Shown here one piece after another: positions 10,604-20,744 of a DNA stretch of 64,000 bases. Source of the DNA: a virus; the IMG/VR virus record IMGVR_UViG_3300028734_000012, positions 32,001-96,000 of that record. The stretch is one strand, 5' to 3'. Made by a program: the position numbers and the translations under genes. Every line of letters starts with the position of its first letter. Within the stretch, counting starts at the first letter, position 1. The notes under the pieces are model-generated. The model was not told the DNA's origin. It did not search any database and was given only the letters and a program-made list of their open reading frames with translations.

Positions 10604-10637
10604 AACATCACCGCCTTATAAGAATAAGCGCGGTTAT

Positions 10638-11543
10638 TCACCGCGCTTTGCTGTTGTTGCGTTCGCTTCTCATACATAATGCTTTACCAGTTGCGTATTT
10701 TTTGAAAAGTTCAATAAGTTCATTCGCAGTTTCATCAATGTCGTTAAAATAATCATCTTTGCAGAATTGGTCAACCAATAACATTATCTCTTTACACATG
10801 TTCATAAGATAAAAATATTGATTGACGTTATTGAATTTTGCAAGTCTAAATTCTAAACAACATTCATTTTTGAAAGTATCGTTTCTAATGTTTAACCAAT
10901 ACCCATGCGTAAATGAAATACTTGTAAATTCAGCATAATTTGTAAAGTATCTACCGAACACCCGTTCTGTTAGATATCTGTTTTCTTTCATATAATATGA
11001 AAGTGGTGCAAATAATTTTTCCGAGTTAGCTTTTAAAATTCTTGCGAACCGATTATCCCATGTGGTGCGGCTAATGTTGATATGATGACCACAGTTACTA
11101 GCGGTTAAGTCAACTATTTCGGATATTCCTTGAATACGATTTTTGTATCCGTGTAGTGAAGTCCGTCGCTCTTCTTTATATTCACAATCGACGGTGCAAT
11201 CATGAGTAGGTAATAAATGATATTGGCTTGCCATATATGCATTTATTTCCTCTTGTGTTTCAAGGTGAACGCCATTTACATTTGTACCGTTGTATTTATA
11301 AGCGCATTCCCATTCTACAGCAATTTGCATTTTTGACTTTGTTTCAAGTCCTATGAGATTATCAACCTCATCATTATAGGATGATGAGCCGTTGCGCGTG
11401 TCATTATTTGCGCATTCGTTACAAGTGTAACGAGTTTCGCCGCAACCCTTTGTAGGAATTGCAATGTAGTCAATTCCCTTTGTTCCCGTGATTTGTTTAC
11501 CGCATTTACGGCAAAACGTACCGATTCTAATTTTTGCGTTCAT
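10638..11543 (-). CDS. putative amidoligase (COOH-NH2 ligase type 2) with N-terminal Zn ribbon
   Basis: AVEWE, HDCTV..E, CGHHINIS and LEFR motifs in amidoligase order. Confidence 0.65.
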   Translation of the reverse strand: MNAKIRIGTFCRKCGKQITGTKGIDYIAIPTKGCGETRYTCNECANNDTRNGSSSYNDEVDNLIGLETKSKMQIAVEWECAYKYNGTNVNGVHLETQEEINAYMASQYHLLPTHDCTVDCEYKEERRTSLHGYKNRIQGISEIVDLTASNCGHHINISRTTWDNRFARILKANSEKLFAPLSYYMKENRYLTERVFGRYFTNYAEFTSISFTHGYWLNIRNDTFKNECCLEFRLAKFNNVNQYFYLMNMCKEIMLLVDQFCKDDYFNDIDETANELIELFKKYATGKALCMRSERNNSKAR

Positions 11544-11617
11544 TTTAATTTTTCATTCCTTTATTTTTTAATTTTTGCCCATATGAGATTATATAAGCGG
11601 ATATTTTTTTTATTTGA

Positions 11618-11854
11618 TTATGCTACAGTCAATGTGTAAATACCATCATAAGTGACCTTGCAATTGACTACAGATTGAATTTGCTCAACTTGTGAACGCT
11701 TGAAACAATATGTTTCTTTTTTGTGTTTTAGTTCTGTAATACAATCTTTTACAATTTGCTCAAAATAGTTATAACCTTTATTCTCTGTTTGTTCGCTCTT
11801 ATCGGTATCTAATATGCTATCTACTAACTCTTCAATATTAACATCTTTATTCAT
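11618..11854 (-). CDS. hypothetical protein
   Basis: AAGGA SD on the minus strand. Confidence 0.65.
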   Translation of the reverse strand: MNKDVNIEELVDSILDTDKSEQTENKGYNYFEQIVKDCITELKHKKETYCFKRSQVEQIQSVVNCKVTYDGIYTLTVA

Positions 11855-13377
11855 CTTTAAACATCCTTTATTATCCGCTTATATAATCTCATATGGTAAC
11901 ATTAATTTGTCGTAACTACCTTGCACTTATGGCATGAAGTAGGACTATAACACTACAGTCACAGTTACACGCTATACACTCTCGTTACTCATTAATGCTT
12001 ATTCTATTATCAAAGTACAATGGCGCTTATTAGACCATGTGAATGTGAATCACTTCCCTTGCTTATTCGTTTTTTGGAATATCTTAATAATAAACTGTTT
12101 TCATTTGTTCGTCAATAGTTATTTCAAATATTTTTTTATTTATTCGTAATTTATTTTTTTATTTATTTCATTAATTAAGAATACAATTTAGATATAACAA
12201 TAGTTAATTAACAATGTCATTACAAGCCCGTAAAGGGTCATTGTAGGCATTATGTATCATACATGCCATTAGTTACACCCATGATAACAACGTGCCTTGC
12301 AAGCCCTATGTAAAGCCCTATTGTAAAGGACTTATGTTAAACAATTAACAACGTGTTATATGTTACATTACATCTCATATTATAATGTGATGAGTACTAG
12401 TTATTGATATTACATTACTAACAAACAATTAGTTAAACTAAATATCTTTTAGGTCAACCCGTATCATGCTATGCTACAATGCTATGATGACCACATGCAA
12501 GGCATGTTGTAACAATGTTGCTACGTGTGTGTGTAACAATGATTACAAGTCACTAGAATAATACAAACAGTGTTAAAACAGTTTAGGGTATAGATTATAC
12601 TCTAAAATAAAAATGCCTTAATGAGCCGTTTAAACGCTCGTAATCGCATGTTGTTATAATGGCACGTTGTAACACATGCCTTTCAAGCCGTACGATAGTA
12701 TCAATACAGCGTGTAATACTGTGATTATACAATGCGTATAATTCCCTCAACTGTATTACTGTAGTACTGTATTAAGTATATGATACAACACATTGAAGAG
12801 TGTCAATGTATATTTATGTAATGCATATACATTTGTATGATTATACATTATGATTGTATGTGTTTATGCATATTGCATATACAAACAATGTATTATTGTA
12901 CAATGTCACCACGGGGGACGGGTGCGAACCCAAAATGAATAAATATTCATGTATATTCAATGTATATTTATGCATGGGGGGCTTTAGCACTTTAGCGTGT
13001 TGAAGCGCGGAACAGGGCATAGTAGCTACTAAGCATACATACTATAAAACGATATAGTCCATATAAGACAGTATACAGACACATGAACGATATACCCTAT
13101 ATACATACTGGCTAACGATATCAACCATAAGCCATAGAATCAACCGATATACTATATATACATTCAATTTATTTCACTTTTATTCCCTATATACTGTATA
13201 TACCCTATTTTAAAAAATACTGGGACTGTTTTTCAAAACGATATACCATATAAATGTATTAATAAAGAATTGAATTAAATATATTAAAAGTTTATTTAAA
13301 AACTACTTGACAAATTAATTCGTTTGATATATAATATGAGCAAGTAGAAAAGAGAGAAAAAAAGGGGAAACAAAAAA

Positions 13378-13944
13378 ATGGAATATATGATAACGGATGG
13401 CATCAATTACATAGCCGTTTCGTCTAGCGGTTCAGTTGCTACAGATGACTTTACACTCGCACAGCACTTTTCCTTTTTAAAGGCAAACAATTTTGTAAAA
13501 GCATTACCCATTGTGCTTAGAGATTATCAATGGAGAGTTGAACCCCTAAGTGTATCAGCAGACGGTAGCGCCTTTACTAATCCGTTTGGTGATGATTCTT
13601 ATAGTATATCTGATAAGGTAGATGAACTTTCAGATTTCTCTAAGAAACTTATTGAATATGAAAAATACCTACTAGCGGAACTATCTAAAACAGATTTAGC
13701 AATTGTTGATATTGAACATGCCGCTGAATTTCAAAATCTCAATGTTGTAAAAGGATACAAACTTTATAAGTTGTTACAAGAAAAAAGAATTAGGCGCAGA
13801 CATATCAAGAATGAGATAGAAGGAACAAGAATTGTTATGAGTAATAAAATGACAGCCTATGCTTCTGATGCAATTTCAAAATCAATTGCAAAATTGGATG
13901 AAAAAAAATATGCCCCTAGAGTTTTAAAAGAACTCTTTATATAA
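13378..13944 (+). CDS. Firmicutes phage coiled-coil protein
   Basis: LS..D..I.DI.H..EF..LN...GYK.Y....RR.IKNE; promoter at 13307. Confidence 0.75.
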   Translation: MEYMITDGINYIAVSSSGSVATDDFTLAQHFSFLKANNFVKALPIVLRDYQWRVEPLSVSADGSAFTNPFGDDSYSISDKVDELSDFSKKLIEYEKYLLAELSKTDLAIVDIEHAAEFQNLNVVKGYKLYKLLQEKRIRRRHIKNEIEGTRIVMSNKMTAYASDAISKSIAKLDEKKYAPRVLKELFI

Positions 13945-13955
13945 GGAGAAGTAAA

Positions 13956-14345
13956 ATGAGTACTATTATTTATTTTATTATTATCGCATTGTTGTCCATA
14001 GGTTTTATAACATTTGTCATCATAAGCTATTTAAGAGCAGATTATGATATTCATAAAAGCATGGTAGTTTGGTTATGTAATCTTCGGAATTATGGAACTA
14101 TTCATGCAGATTTTGACGAATTTAAACGTAAGTTTGATAGTACGGATTGGTATCAATATGAAGATGGTATGTTTCCAGAGAGTTTATTCGTACATGGAGA
14201 TGGTTACTTTAGCAAAAGTGAAATTCACGCTTTTGTTATCCTATTTGACAATGTAGGTATGATAATGAAGAGCAACAAGGATTTTAAAAAGGCTATGAAA
14301 TACACAAAACAATATATAATTAATTTAAGGAAAGGTAACAAATAA
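13956..14345 (+). CDS. membrane-anchored protein, paralogue family A
   Basis: N-terminal TM; FD.TDW and FDNVGMIMK motifs. Confidence 0.7.
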   Translation: MSTIIYFIIIALLSIGFITFVIISYLRADYDIHKSMVVWLCNLRNYGTIHADFDEFKRKFDSTDWYQYEDGMFPESLFVHGDGYFSKSEIHAFVILFDNVGMIMKSNKDFKKAMKYTKQYIINLRKGNK

Positions 14346-14346
14346 A

Positions 14347-14586
14347 ATGAATTTATTTAAAACGTACACAGGATTCGATACAGAGGTTCTAAAAACTGGA
14401 ACAATCGTAAAAATGTTTTATGCGGGAGTAGGTACACAAACCCTTTGGTTGGTGCATGAAGTAAGACCAGATTCTATCAAGCTTATTGATTACACGGGCA
14501 ACATCAAAGAGTTACTTCCTGCTCAATTCCTAAGTATTGAGGGCAGAAAACCATCTTACTCATTCGAAATTTTAGATATAAAATAA
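14347..14586 (+). CDS. hypothetical protein
   Basis: In operon, with SD. Confidence 0.65.
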   Translation: MNLFKTYTGFDTEVLKTGTIVKMFYAGVGTQTLWLVHEVRPDSIKLIDYTGNIKELLPAQFLSIEGRKPSYSFEILDIK

Positions 14587-14598
14587 GGAGAAAACACA

Positions 14599-14958
14599 AT
14601 GGGTTTAATTATATTTCTTATAATGGTTTTTGTAGTTACCATGATTATAACGTTACTTATTTGGCATTCGCATATTGACATAACTAAGTATGAAAATAAA
14701 AAATGCGGATGGGCATCATTCAAATCTTTTAAAAAGAATTTTGATGCCGCTAAATGGGAAGATGTAGAGGATGAAGACGATTGTTTATGTGAATATAACG
14801 GCAAACTTTTAGTCAGTTGTATTGCTGACCTTAGTTTTAAGTTTAATAATATTGGAATGCTTATGAGAACCCCAATATCATTTATTAGGGCTAAATTATA
14901 TGCTAACAAATATATAAAACTTCAACTTAAAAAAAATATATTATATAAATGGGATTAA
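14599..14958 (+). CDS. membrane-anchored protein, paralogue family A
   Basis: TM; GWASFKSFKKNFDA..W; FNNIGM; LYKWD. Confidence 0.75.
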   Translation: MGLIIFLIMVFVVTMIITLLIWHSHIDITKYENKKCGWASFKSFKKNFDAAKWEDVEDEDDCLCEYNGKLLVSCIADLSFKFNNIGMLMRTPISFIRAKLYANKYIKLQLKKNILYKWD

Positions 14959-14970
14959 GGAGAAAACACA

Positions 14971-15336
14971 ATGGGTTTAATTATATTTATGCTAATACTT
15001 TTTACGATTTTCATAACGATATATGAATATATCGAATGGATTTGTCATGCTCAAACGGTAAAAGAAATCCACAAACCTTATGGGTATGCATCATTTAATA
15101 CCTTTAAAAAGCATTTCGATGCTACCGAATGGGATGCTGATAGAAATAATATGAAATATTGTCTTTACAAATATTACCATGGTGATTGTATTAGTAAAAC
15201 TGATACTTATTCTATTAGGTTTAATGATGTAGGAATGATTTTAAAATCACCATTATCACTTTTCAGAGCCAGAAGATATATAAGAAAATATCAAAAATCT
15301 CGAATTAAAAAAGAAGAATTATATAAATGGGATTAA
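14971..15336 (+). CDS. membrane-anchored protein, paralogue family A
   Basis: Same motifs; same AAGGAGAAAACACAATGGGTTTAATTATATTT start as 14599. Confidence 0.75.
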   Translation: MGLIIFMLILFTIFITIYEYIEWICHAQTVKEIHKPYGYASFNTFKKHFDATEWDADRNNMKYCLYKYYHGDCISKTDTYSIRFNDVGMILKSPLSLFRARRYIRKYQKSRIKKEELYKWD

Positions 15337-15345
15337 GGAGAAAAA

Positions 15346-15714
15346 ATGGTAGGAATAGAAATAATTATAACTTTAATCATTATGTCTATATTTGTATTTA
15401 TAGGAACGCAATGTCTTGAATGGAGTTCTCATATTGATATAGTAAAATCCTATACCGAAAAATACGGATGGTCATCGTTCAAAACGTTTAAGAAAAATTT
15501 CGATGCTACTGAATGGACTGATATGGATAATGATAAATACTACGTCAGTAGATATCTTAATAAGAATTTAATTAGCAAAACTTCTCAATATATTTTTAAG
15601 TTTAATAATATCGGAATGATTATGAAAACACCACTTGCATTTTTTAGAGCAAGAAGATATATAATAAAATATAAAAAAGCTATGAACAAAAAAGAATTAT
15701 ATAAATGGGAATAA
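15346..15714 (+). CDS. membrane-anchored protein, paralogue family A
   Basis: Same motifs; ends LYKWE. Confidence 0.75.
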   Translation: MVGIEIIITLIIMSIFVFIGTQCLEWSSHIDIVKSYTEKYGWSSFKTFKKNFDATEWTDMDNDKYYVSRYLNKNLISKTSQYIFKFNNIGMIMKTPLAFFRARRYIIKYKKAMNKKELYKWE

Positions 15715-15727
15715 TGAGGTAACACAA

Positions 15728-15934
15728 ATGATAGATTTAACAAAAGAGAATACTCACACGCTATTAAAATGGATGCTATACACAAGACAATTTAGCGGTA
15801 AGTTTAACCCACATAATGGTGATGTATATGTCACATATGATGAGTTAAAAGCTGAACTAGCTAAACGTGAACACGTCCCTAGCCACGCTGAATCAAAAAG
15901 AAAAAGAATTGAAAAAATTAAAAGGGGTATCTAA
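15728..15934 (+). CDS. hypothetical phage protein
   Basis: ELKAELAKREHVP; GAGGT SD. Confidence 0.7.
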   Translation: MIDLTKENTHTLLKWMLYTRQFSGKFNPHNGDVYVTYDELKAELAKREHVPSHAESKRKRIEKIKRGI

Positions 15935-15935
15935 G

Positions 15936-16178
15936 ATGTTTAAAAAAATATGGACTGCCATCAAGAAGTTTTTCGCAGAGCCGCAAACAACATGGAGTGT
16001 TACATTGACTGATAGGTTAGACCTTCACCCTTGTGTACAATGCCAATATGGGGTACAAGGTGAGCCTTGCAATCGTTGTACACACCCACAAAGCGGCTTA
16101 TTACTAGTTCCTCATGATTATTGGGTCTATGATAGACCAAGTTTTTGCCCACTCATCAAAAATGAGGTAAAAGATTGA
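15936..16178 (+). CDS. small Cys-rich protein
   Basis: AGGGG SD before MFKKIW; CxxC...CPL. Confidence 0.6.
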   Translation: MFKKIWTAIKKFFAEPQTTWSVTLTDRLDLHPCVQCQYGVQGEPCNRCTHPQSGLLLVPHDYWVYDRPSFCPLIKNEVKD

Positions 16179-16360
16179 AGTATGGAATATAAAATAAATT
16201 TCTAACGCATATCTTTATATTATACCCACAATTCAATTTGGAGATTATTATTTAAATTAGAAATTAATTTTTCAATTTACTTGACAATCTCCTTTTTTTA
16301 TTGTATAATAGAAACACCAGAAAAAGACGGAAGTAAAGATGTTTAACAAGGAGTAATATA

Positions 16361-16582
16361 ATGATTTTAAAACCAGTATACAATATTATTGACGAGTATT
16401 CAGTTGAAGTATTTCTTAGGGCACATATTTGGGATAATAAAAAAGAGCCTTATTTTTGGTGTCTACAAGGTCACAGAAGGTCTACCGATGGTTGGACTAA
16501 TGAAGGTAGCGGATGGGCTGTATCGCCAGAACAAGCATTCAAAGATGCTACGGCATACCATGAAAGGATAATTAAGCTATGA
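16361..16582 (+). CDS. hypothetical protein
   Basis: AAGGAG SD after promoter 16281. Confidence 0.7.
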   Translation: MILKPVYNIIDEYSVEVFLRAHIWDNKKEPYFWCLQGHRRSTDGWTNEGSGWAVSPEQAFKDATAYHERIIKL

Positions 16583-16998
16583 CAACAGAAGTAATGACAG
16601 TAGAAACACCGATTATGCAACAAATACAAGTCGGTACTAAATCATCCAAACAATTAAGATACGTTGCAGAGGATGGTAAAGATTTTAAATATGCATCAGA
16701 TTGTGAAAAATATGAGCATAAGTTAGCAATTGATAAAATCCTTGCCGACGTTAAACATGTAAGAGCATATTGTGATGATTTTAACGATTGGTATCTATTC
16801 AAGGATGAGGATACTCTAAGAAGATATATTCTACTAATCAGCAAAGAAAATATTGGATTTTTAGAGGATATTTTCTTCCCACAATGGATTGGCATTAGAC
16901 TAAATGAAAGCCAAAATTCAAGAGATTGGTATAGCTTTACAACGTTAGATATGGCTAAATCGGAGTTTAAATTATTTGAAGACACATTAAATAGTTAA
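16579..16998 (+). CDS. hypothetical protein
   Basis: Y.AEDGK.F....C..YE pattern; ATGA overlap. Confidence 0.7.
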   Translation: MTTEVMTVETPIMQQIQVGTKSSKQLRYVAEDGKDFKYASDCEKYEHKLAIDKILADVKHVRAYCDDFNDWYLFKDEDTLRRYILLISKENIGFLEDIFFPQWIGIRLNESQNSRDWYSFTTLDMAKSEFKLFEDTLNS

Positions 16999-17008
16999 GG
17001 AGAATATT

Positions 17009-17449
17009 ATGGATAATTGTAGTTTGGTCAATGCAGACCTTAGATATCTAGGCAACCTACCCTCATTCATTTCAGAAGATAAGAAAGTCTACGCAACAAA
17101 ATTCGGAACAGGCATTGTAAAAAACGGCACGATATTTAACGGCGAATGCAGAATTGAAAACATTACTTTTTATCTGTATAGTGACGGTTTCCTTGCTACT
17201 TATAGACACCCCGTTTCAAGAGTTGAAACGAATATGGTACTAGGCGAAGAGGTTAAACTATACAAAAAGAGTACAACGTATAAATTAACCGTCAGCCAAA
17301 TTTTAACAACCATGTACAGAAACAGATGTAACAGCTATTATGTCAATATGTTTAAAAATGCGGTGTGCAATACCTTAAAATCGTATTTTATTCTTACATC
17401 ATTTCAAGAGAAATTAATCACGATGATTAAGGTTTCAACTTTTAATTAA
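17009..17449 (+). CDS. hypothetical protein
   Basis: AAGGAG SD. Confidence 0.65.
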   Translation: MDNCSLVNADLRYLGNLPSFISEDKKVYATKFGTGIVKNGTIFNGECRIENITFYLYSDGFLATYRHPVSRVETNMVLGEEVKLYKKSTTYKLTVSQILTTMYRNRCNSYYVNMFKNAVCNTLKSYFILTSFQEKLITMIKVSTFN

Positions 17450-17669
17450 TTAATTGTATATTTAATTGGAAATTGGGCATAATATTATTAATATTATATT
17501 TTAAATAAATTATCAATTTACTTGACAAATTCTATTTAGTATAGTATAATAAATTATAGAAAGAGATTCAAAAAAATGACAATTGATATCATCGAAACCG
17601 AAGACAAGCCATTAACGGAAGAAGAGATATTGGAAATTCTCGAACTACTATGCAAGTAATATTTAAGGA

Positions 17670-18005
17670 ATGATTTATTTGGGGTTTTTTATATTTTTAG
17701 GATTAGCTATTGTTTGCGTGTTAATCTATACTGTGTACACTAAATACTCAACGTACACAGTAACACGCAACATACATAATAAAGTAAAAGAAATACTGGA
17801 AACGAATAGAAAAGAAGAGGAAAATATGAAAGATGTTTTAGTAAAATTAAAGAGCGAACTGGATTCTTATCAGAAAGTTAACGATACATTCTGTACTCCA
17901 TGTGATAAAAAAGATTGTAAAGAGTGTTTGCATAATCAAGAAAAAGATGATATTGACGATAGATATATGGAAATTATCAAATTGATTAGGGGGAATAAAC
18001 AGTGA
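17670..18005 (+). CDS. hypothetical protein, possibly two adjacent genes
   Basis: N-terminal TM; internal GAGG SD before MKDVLVK. Confidence 0.5.
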   Translation: MIYLGFFIFLGLAIVCVLIYTVYTKYSTYTVTRNIHNKVKEILETNRKEEENMKDVLVKLKSELDSYQKVNDTFCTPCDKKDCKECLHNQEKDDIDDRYMEIIKLIRGNKQ

Positions 18006-18457
18006 TTTTTATTTTAATTACTTTTATCCTGTTTTTAGCTTATGCATTTGAAACTCATAAAAAGGAAACGAAAAAAACGGCTACTGAACACGTTACTACT
18101 TTTTTTGCAATGTTATGTGACGGCATACTTGGATTCTTCGTTGGCATTTTAATCTATCTACTCTTAGGGAATACCATAGGTTCTTTACTTCCATATAATA
18201 CAAAGTTATTAGAAACATATAAAATTGTTAATATTGATGAAACTCATATGGAGTACGTAGTAAAGACAAACGATGGATTTGATATTTTTAATACAAAAGA
18301 TAAGAACGTACATATCAATTATATAACCACTGGGGTAGCCCACATTGACAGCTATTACGCTACATATGATAATGACTTTGATATAAGATATTTAATCGCA
18401 TACCCATCTGATTACGGCAAAAGAAACTGTTACGAATTATACATACCGAAACATTAA
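18002..18457 (+). CDS. membrane protein, paralogue family B
   Basis: Two TM segments; C-terminal Y.LYIP shared with 18472. Confidence 0.7.
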   Translation: MIFILITFILFLAYAFETHKKETKKTATEHVTTFFAMLCDGILGFFVGILIYLLLGNTIGSLLPYNTKLLETYKIVNIDETHMEYVVKTNDGFDIFNTKDKNVHINYITTGVAHIDSYYATYDNDFDIRYLIAYPSDYGKRNCYELYIPKH

Positions 18458-18471
18458 AGGAGAAAAGAAAA

Positions 18472-18903
18472 ATGATTTATTTATTTATAGGAACTATTGG
18501 TGGAATAGTAGTAGCTTTTCTTGCAGATGCTTTTACTCATGAGAAGTTTATAGATTGGGTTAAGACTATCTTCAACGCACTTTTTTGCGCTATTGTCGGT
18601 TTTGCAATGGGTGCAATGGCTACTATTGCATTTAGTATAGGTGCTGGGCTTGCTATTCCCGCAGAAGTCCATGCGGTAAGCACAACCAATATCGTTGCAT
18701 ATGATACACACTCATACCAAACCACAGAGGGTAACTACATACTGCTCCATGATATAACTGATAAAACGGTTCATATTGAGAAAACAGATGGTCAACAGCA
18801 TGTTACACACTATGAATCATACTACAAAGATACATGGAAATATATCTTTTTTATACCCAACATCAATATTGATTACTACACTTTATATGTGAATAAAACA
18901 TGA
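18472..18903 (+). CDS. membrane protein, paralogue family B
   Basis: Two TM segments; AAGGAG SD. Confidence 0.7.
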   Translation: MIYLFIGTIGGIVVAFLADAFTHEKFIDWVKTIFNALFCAIVGFAMGAMATIAFSIGAGLAIPAEVHAVSTTNIVAYDTHSYQTTEGNYILLHDITDKTVHIEKTDGQQHVTHYESYYKDTWKYIFFIPNINIDYYTLYVNKT

Positions 18904-18931
18904 CTTTTATGTTGAAAGGAAACTAAACGGA

Positions 18932-19198
18932 ATGGATAAAAATATAGCAATTTACTTTGAATATGATGACGGATGGATGATTGTTTTATACTGTAATGGT
19001 AAAAATGTAAAATATTGGAACTGCGACGAACACTATTGGGATGATGCCTGTGAATATATTAACTTACTTAATAAGTATGAAAAAGTGTTAAAGCTACATC
19101 TAAAACTTAAAGCCCACGAAGATATAGATAAATATGATATCTTTGATTTAACTGAATCAGATATTGAAGAATTAAAATCTATTAGTCGAGAAAGATGA
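18932..19198 (+). CDS. hypothetical protein
   Basis: ORF in operon. Confidence 0.6.
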   Translation: MDKNIAIYFEYDDGWMIVLYCNGKNVKYWNCDEHYWDDACEYINLLNKYEKVLKLHLKLKAHEDIDKYDIFDLTESDIEELKSISRER

Positions 19199-19204
19199 TA
19201 AAAA

Positions 19205-19399
19205 ATGAAATGCTATAAATATGAAGGAAATTCTACAGTTTGGGAAGGATATTCTTATATTATCTTTGCGGATAATTTAGACGAAGCTAAACAAATGTTT
19301 AAAGATTCTTGTGGAGAGAAATTTATAGAAGCAGACGAAAATTGGATAGAAATCCAAATGACTAAGCATATTGAATTATTCAGCGAATGGTGTGATTAA
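19205..19399 (+). CDS. hypothetical protein
   Basis: IIFADNLDEAK pattern. Confidence 0.6.
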   Translation: MKCYKYEGNSTVWEGYSYIIFADNLDEAKQMFKDSCGEKFIEADENWIEIQMTKHIELFSEWCD

Positions 19400-19420
19400 A
19401 AAAAATAGGGAGTAAATTCG

Positions 19421-20452
19421 ATGATAAATGTATATAACGCAGAAGACATATTGGCTGTAAAAAAAGTTGGAGATTTATTTGCCAACGATGTAAACTCACT
19501 AAAAAAGGATTACAGACTGCTTGTAAAAATATGGCATCCAGATGTAAATTCAGATAAACAAGCAGGAAGTGTCATGAATTATATCAACACGTTATATGAA
19601 CATGCCAACTTACTAATCAAAAATAACCAATGGGAAGTAAGTAATCAAGCCCAGTACATTTCTAATAAAGATGAAGTTATTTCAATTAACTTTCAACTTG
19701 AAAAGAATTTTGAATTAGGCAAGTATTACGTTTGTTCTAATAAAGTAGTATATGTTATTGATAAGAGCAAAGAAAATCTTGCCAATAATGCCGTGAAAAT
19801 GATGGCATCATTTAGTTTTGCAGACGATGAAATGGAAAGAGAAATTAGAAAACTTCTTCCCAAAGTAATCCATTATTACTTGACGAAAGACGGAAAATAC
19901 GTTATAATTGAAATAGAGAAAACGAATGACTTACTTCCGTTATCAGAGATATTAAAACATTACAATGGTATAATTCCGCACAAACATGTGGCATGGATAA
20001 TGAGTAGGCTAAATAACCTTATTTGTTATCTGCAATGGTCGGGATTAGCACACAATGGTATTTCTTTAGATACTTGTTTCATATCCCCAATGTATCACAG
20101 CGTAGTTGTTTATGGTGGTTGGTGGTATGCTAGACCACTTGGCGAATCTCTAAAAGCAACGTCGAAAGATGTTTACGATATAATTCCTTTCTCTGTTAAG
20201 AACAAAAAGGTTTCAAGCATTCTTACTGACATCGAATCCGTTAAAGCTTTAGGTAGACAGCTATTGGGTGACAGAAGTGGTTATCGCATGGACAACACTA
20301 CCCCTAAATCCTTTACTGATTTTCTAAGCAAAACTAACGCTAAAAACGGATTCGAGAATTACAATAATTGGTCTAAAGTACTACACGAATCATATGGTGT
20401 ACGTAAATTTATACCAATGGAGATAAATGAAAACGAACTGTACACAGGATGA
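19421..20452 (+). CDS. J-domain fused to a protein-kinase-like domain
   Basis: WHPD J motif; C-terminal HVAWI..RL...LAHNGIS...GGWWY (degenerate kinase-like). Confidence 0.7.
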   Translation: MINVYNAEDILAVKKVGDLFANDVNSLKKDYRLLVKIWHPDVNSDKQAGSVMNYINTLYEHANLLIKNNQWEVSNQAQYISNKDEVISINFQLEKNFELGKYYVCSNKVVYVIDKSKENLANNAVKMMASFSFADDEMEREIRKLLPKVIHYYLTKDGKYVIIEIEKTNDLLPLSEILKHYNGIIPHKHVAWIMSRLNNLICYLQWSGLAHNGISLDTCFISPMYHSVVVYGGWWYARPLGESLKATSKDVYDIIPFSVKNKKVSSILTDIESVKALGRQLLGDRSGYRMDNTTPKSFTDFLSKTNAKNGFENYNNWSKVLHESYGVRKFIPMEINENELYTG

Positions 20453-20477
20453 CGTAAAATATTAAGGAGCAACAAAA

Positions 20478-20744
20478 ATGCAGACGATATCGAACAGAGA
20501 GTACTACGAAGGAATAAAAGATAAAGCCGTTATTATTTATGATAAAGGACAAAACACAGAAGAATTAAGCAAAACAAAAACCGTTATCCTACGTTGCAGA
20601 GATGGGTATGCCCATTCGGACTATCTTGTTCTAAGTAATATGTGGGAACTGGAAGAGTTTGAATTGGCTTTAATCTGTGATGGCGGCAATCTATGTTTTG
20701 GTTATAGGGCTTCTGGAAATATGATATCAGTCTATAATGATTAA
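20478..20744 (+). CDS. hypothetical protein
   Basis: LALICDGGNLCFGY; SD. Confidence 0.7.
   Translation: MQTISNREYYEGIKDKAVIIYDKGQNTEELSKTKTVILRCRDGYAHSDYLVLSNMWELEEFELALICDGGNLCFGYRASGNMISVYND

Larger units (their letters stand above)
1263..12391. repeat. dispersed 18-bp palindrome TTCATATTATAATATGAA family, about 30 copies
   Basis: Intergenic copies at 1263, 1389, 1416, 1476, 1503, 1560, 1587, 3629, 4316, 4350, 4849, 5201, 6111, 6144, 6782, 6860, 7453, 7486, 8208, 8230, 8297, 8917, 8949, 9458, 9490, 9524, 10089, 10166, 10299, 12374. Confidence 0.95.
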
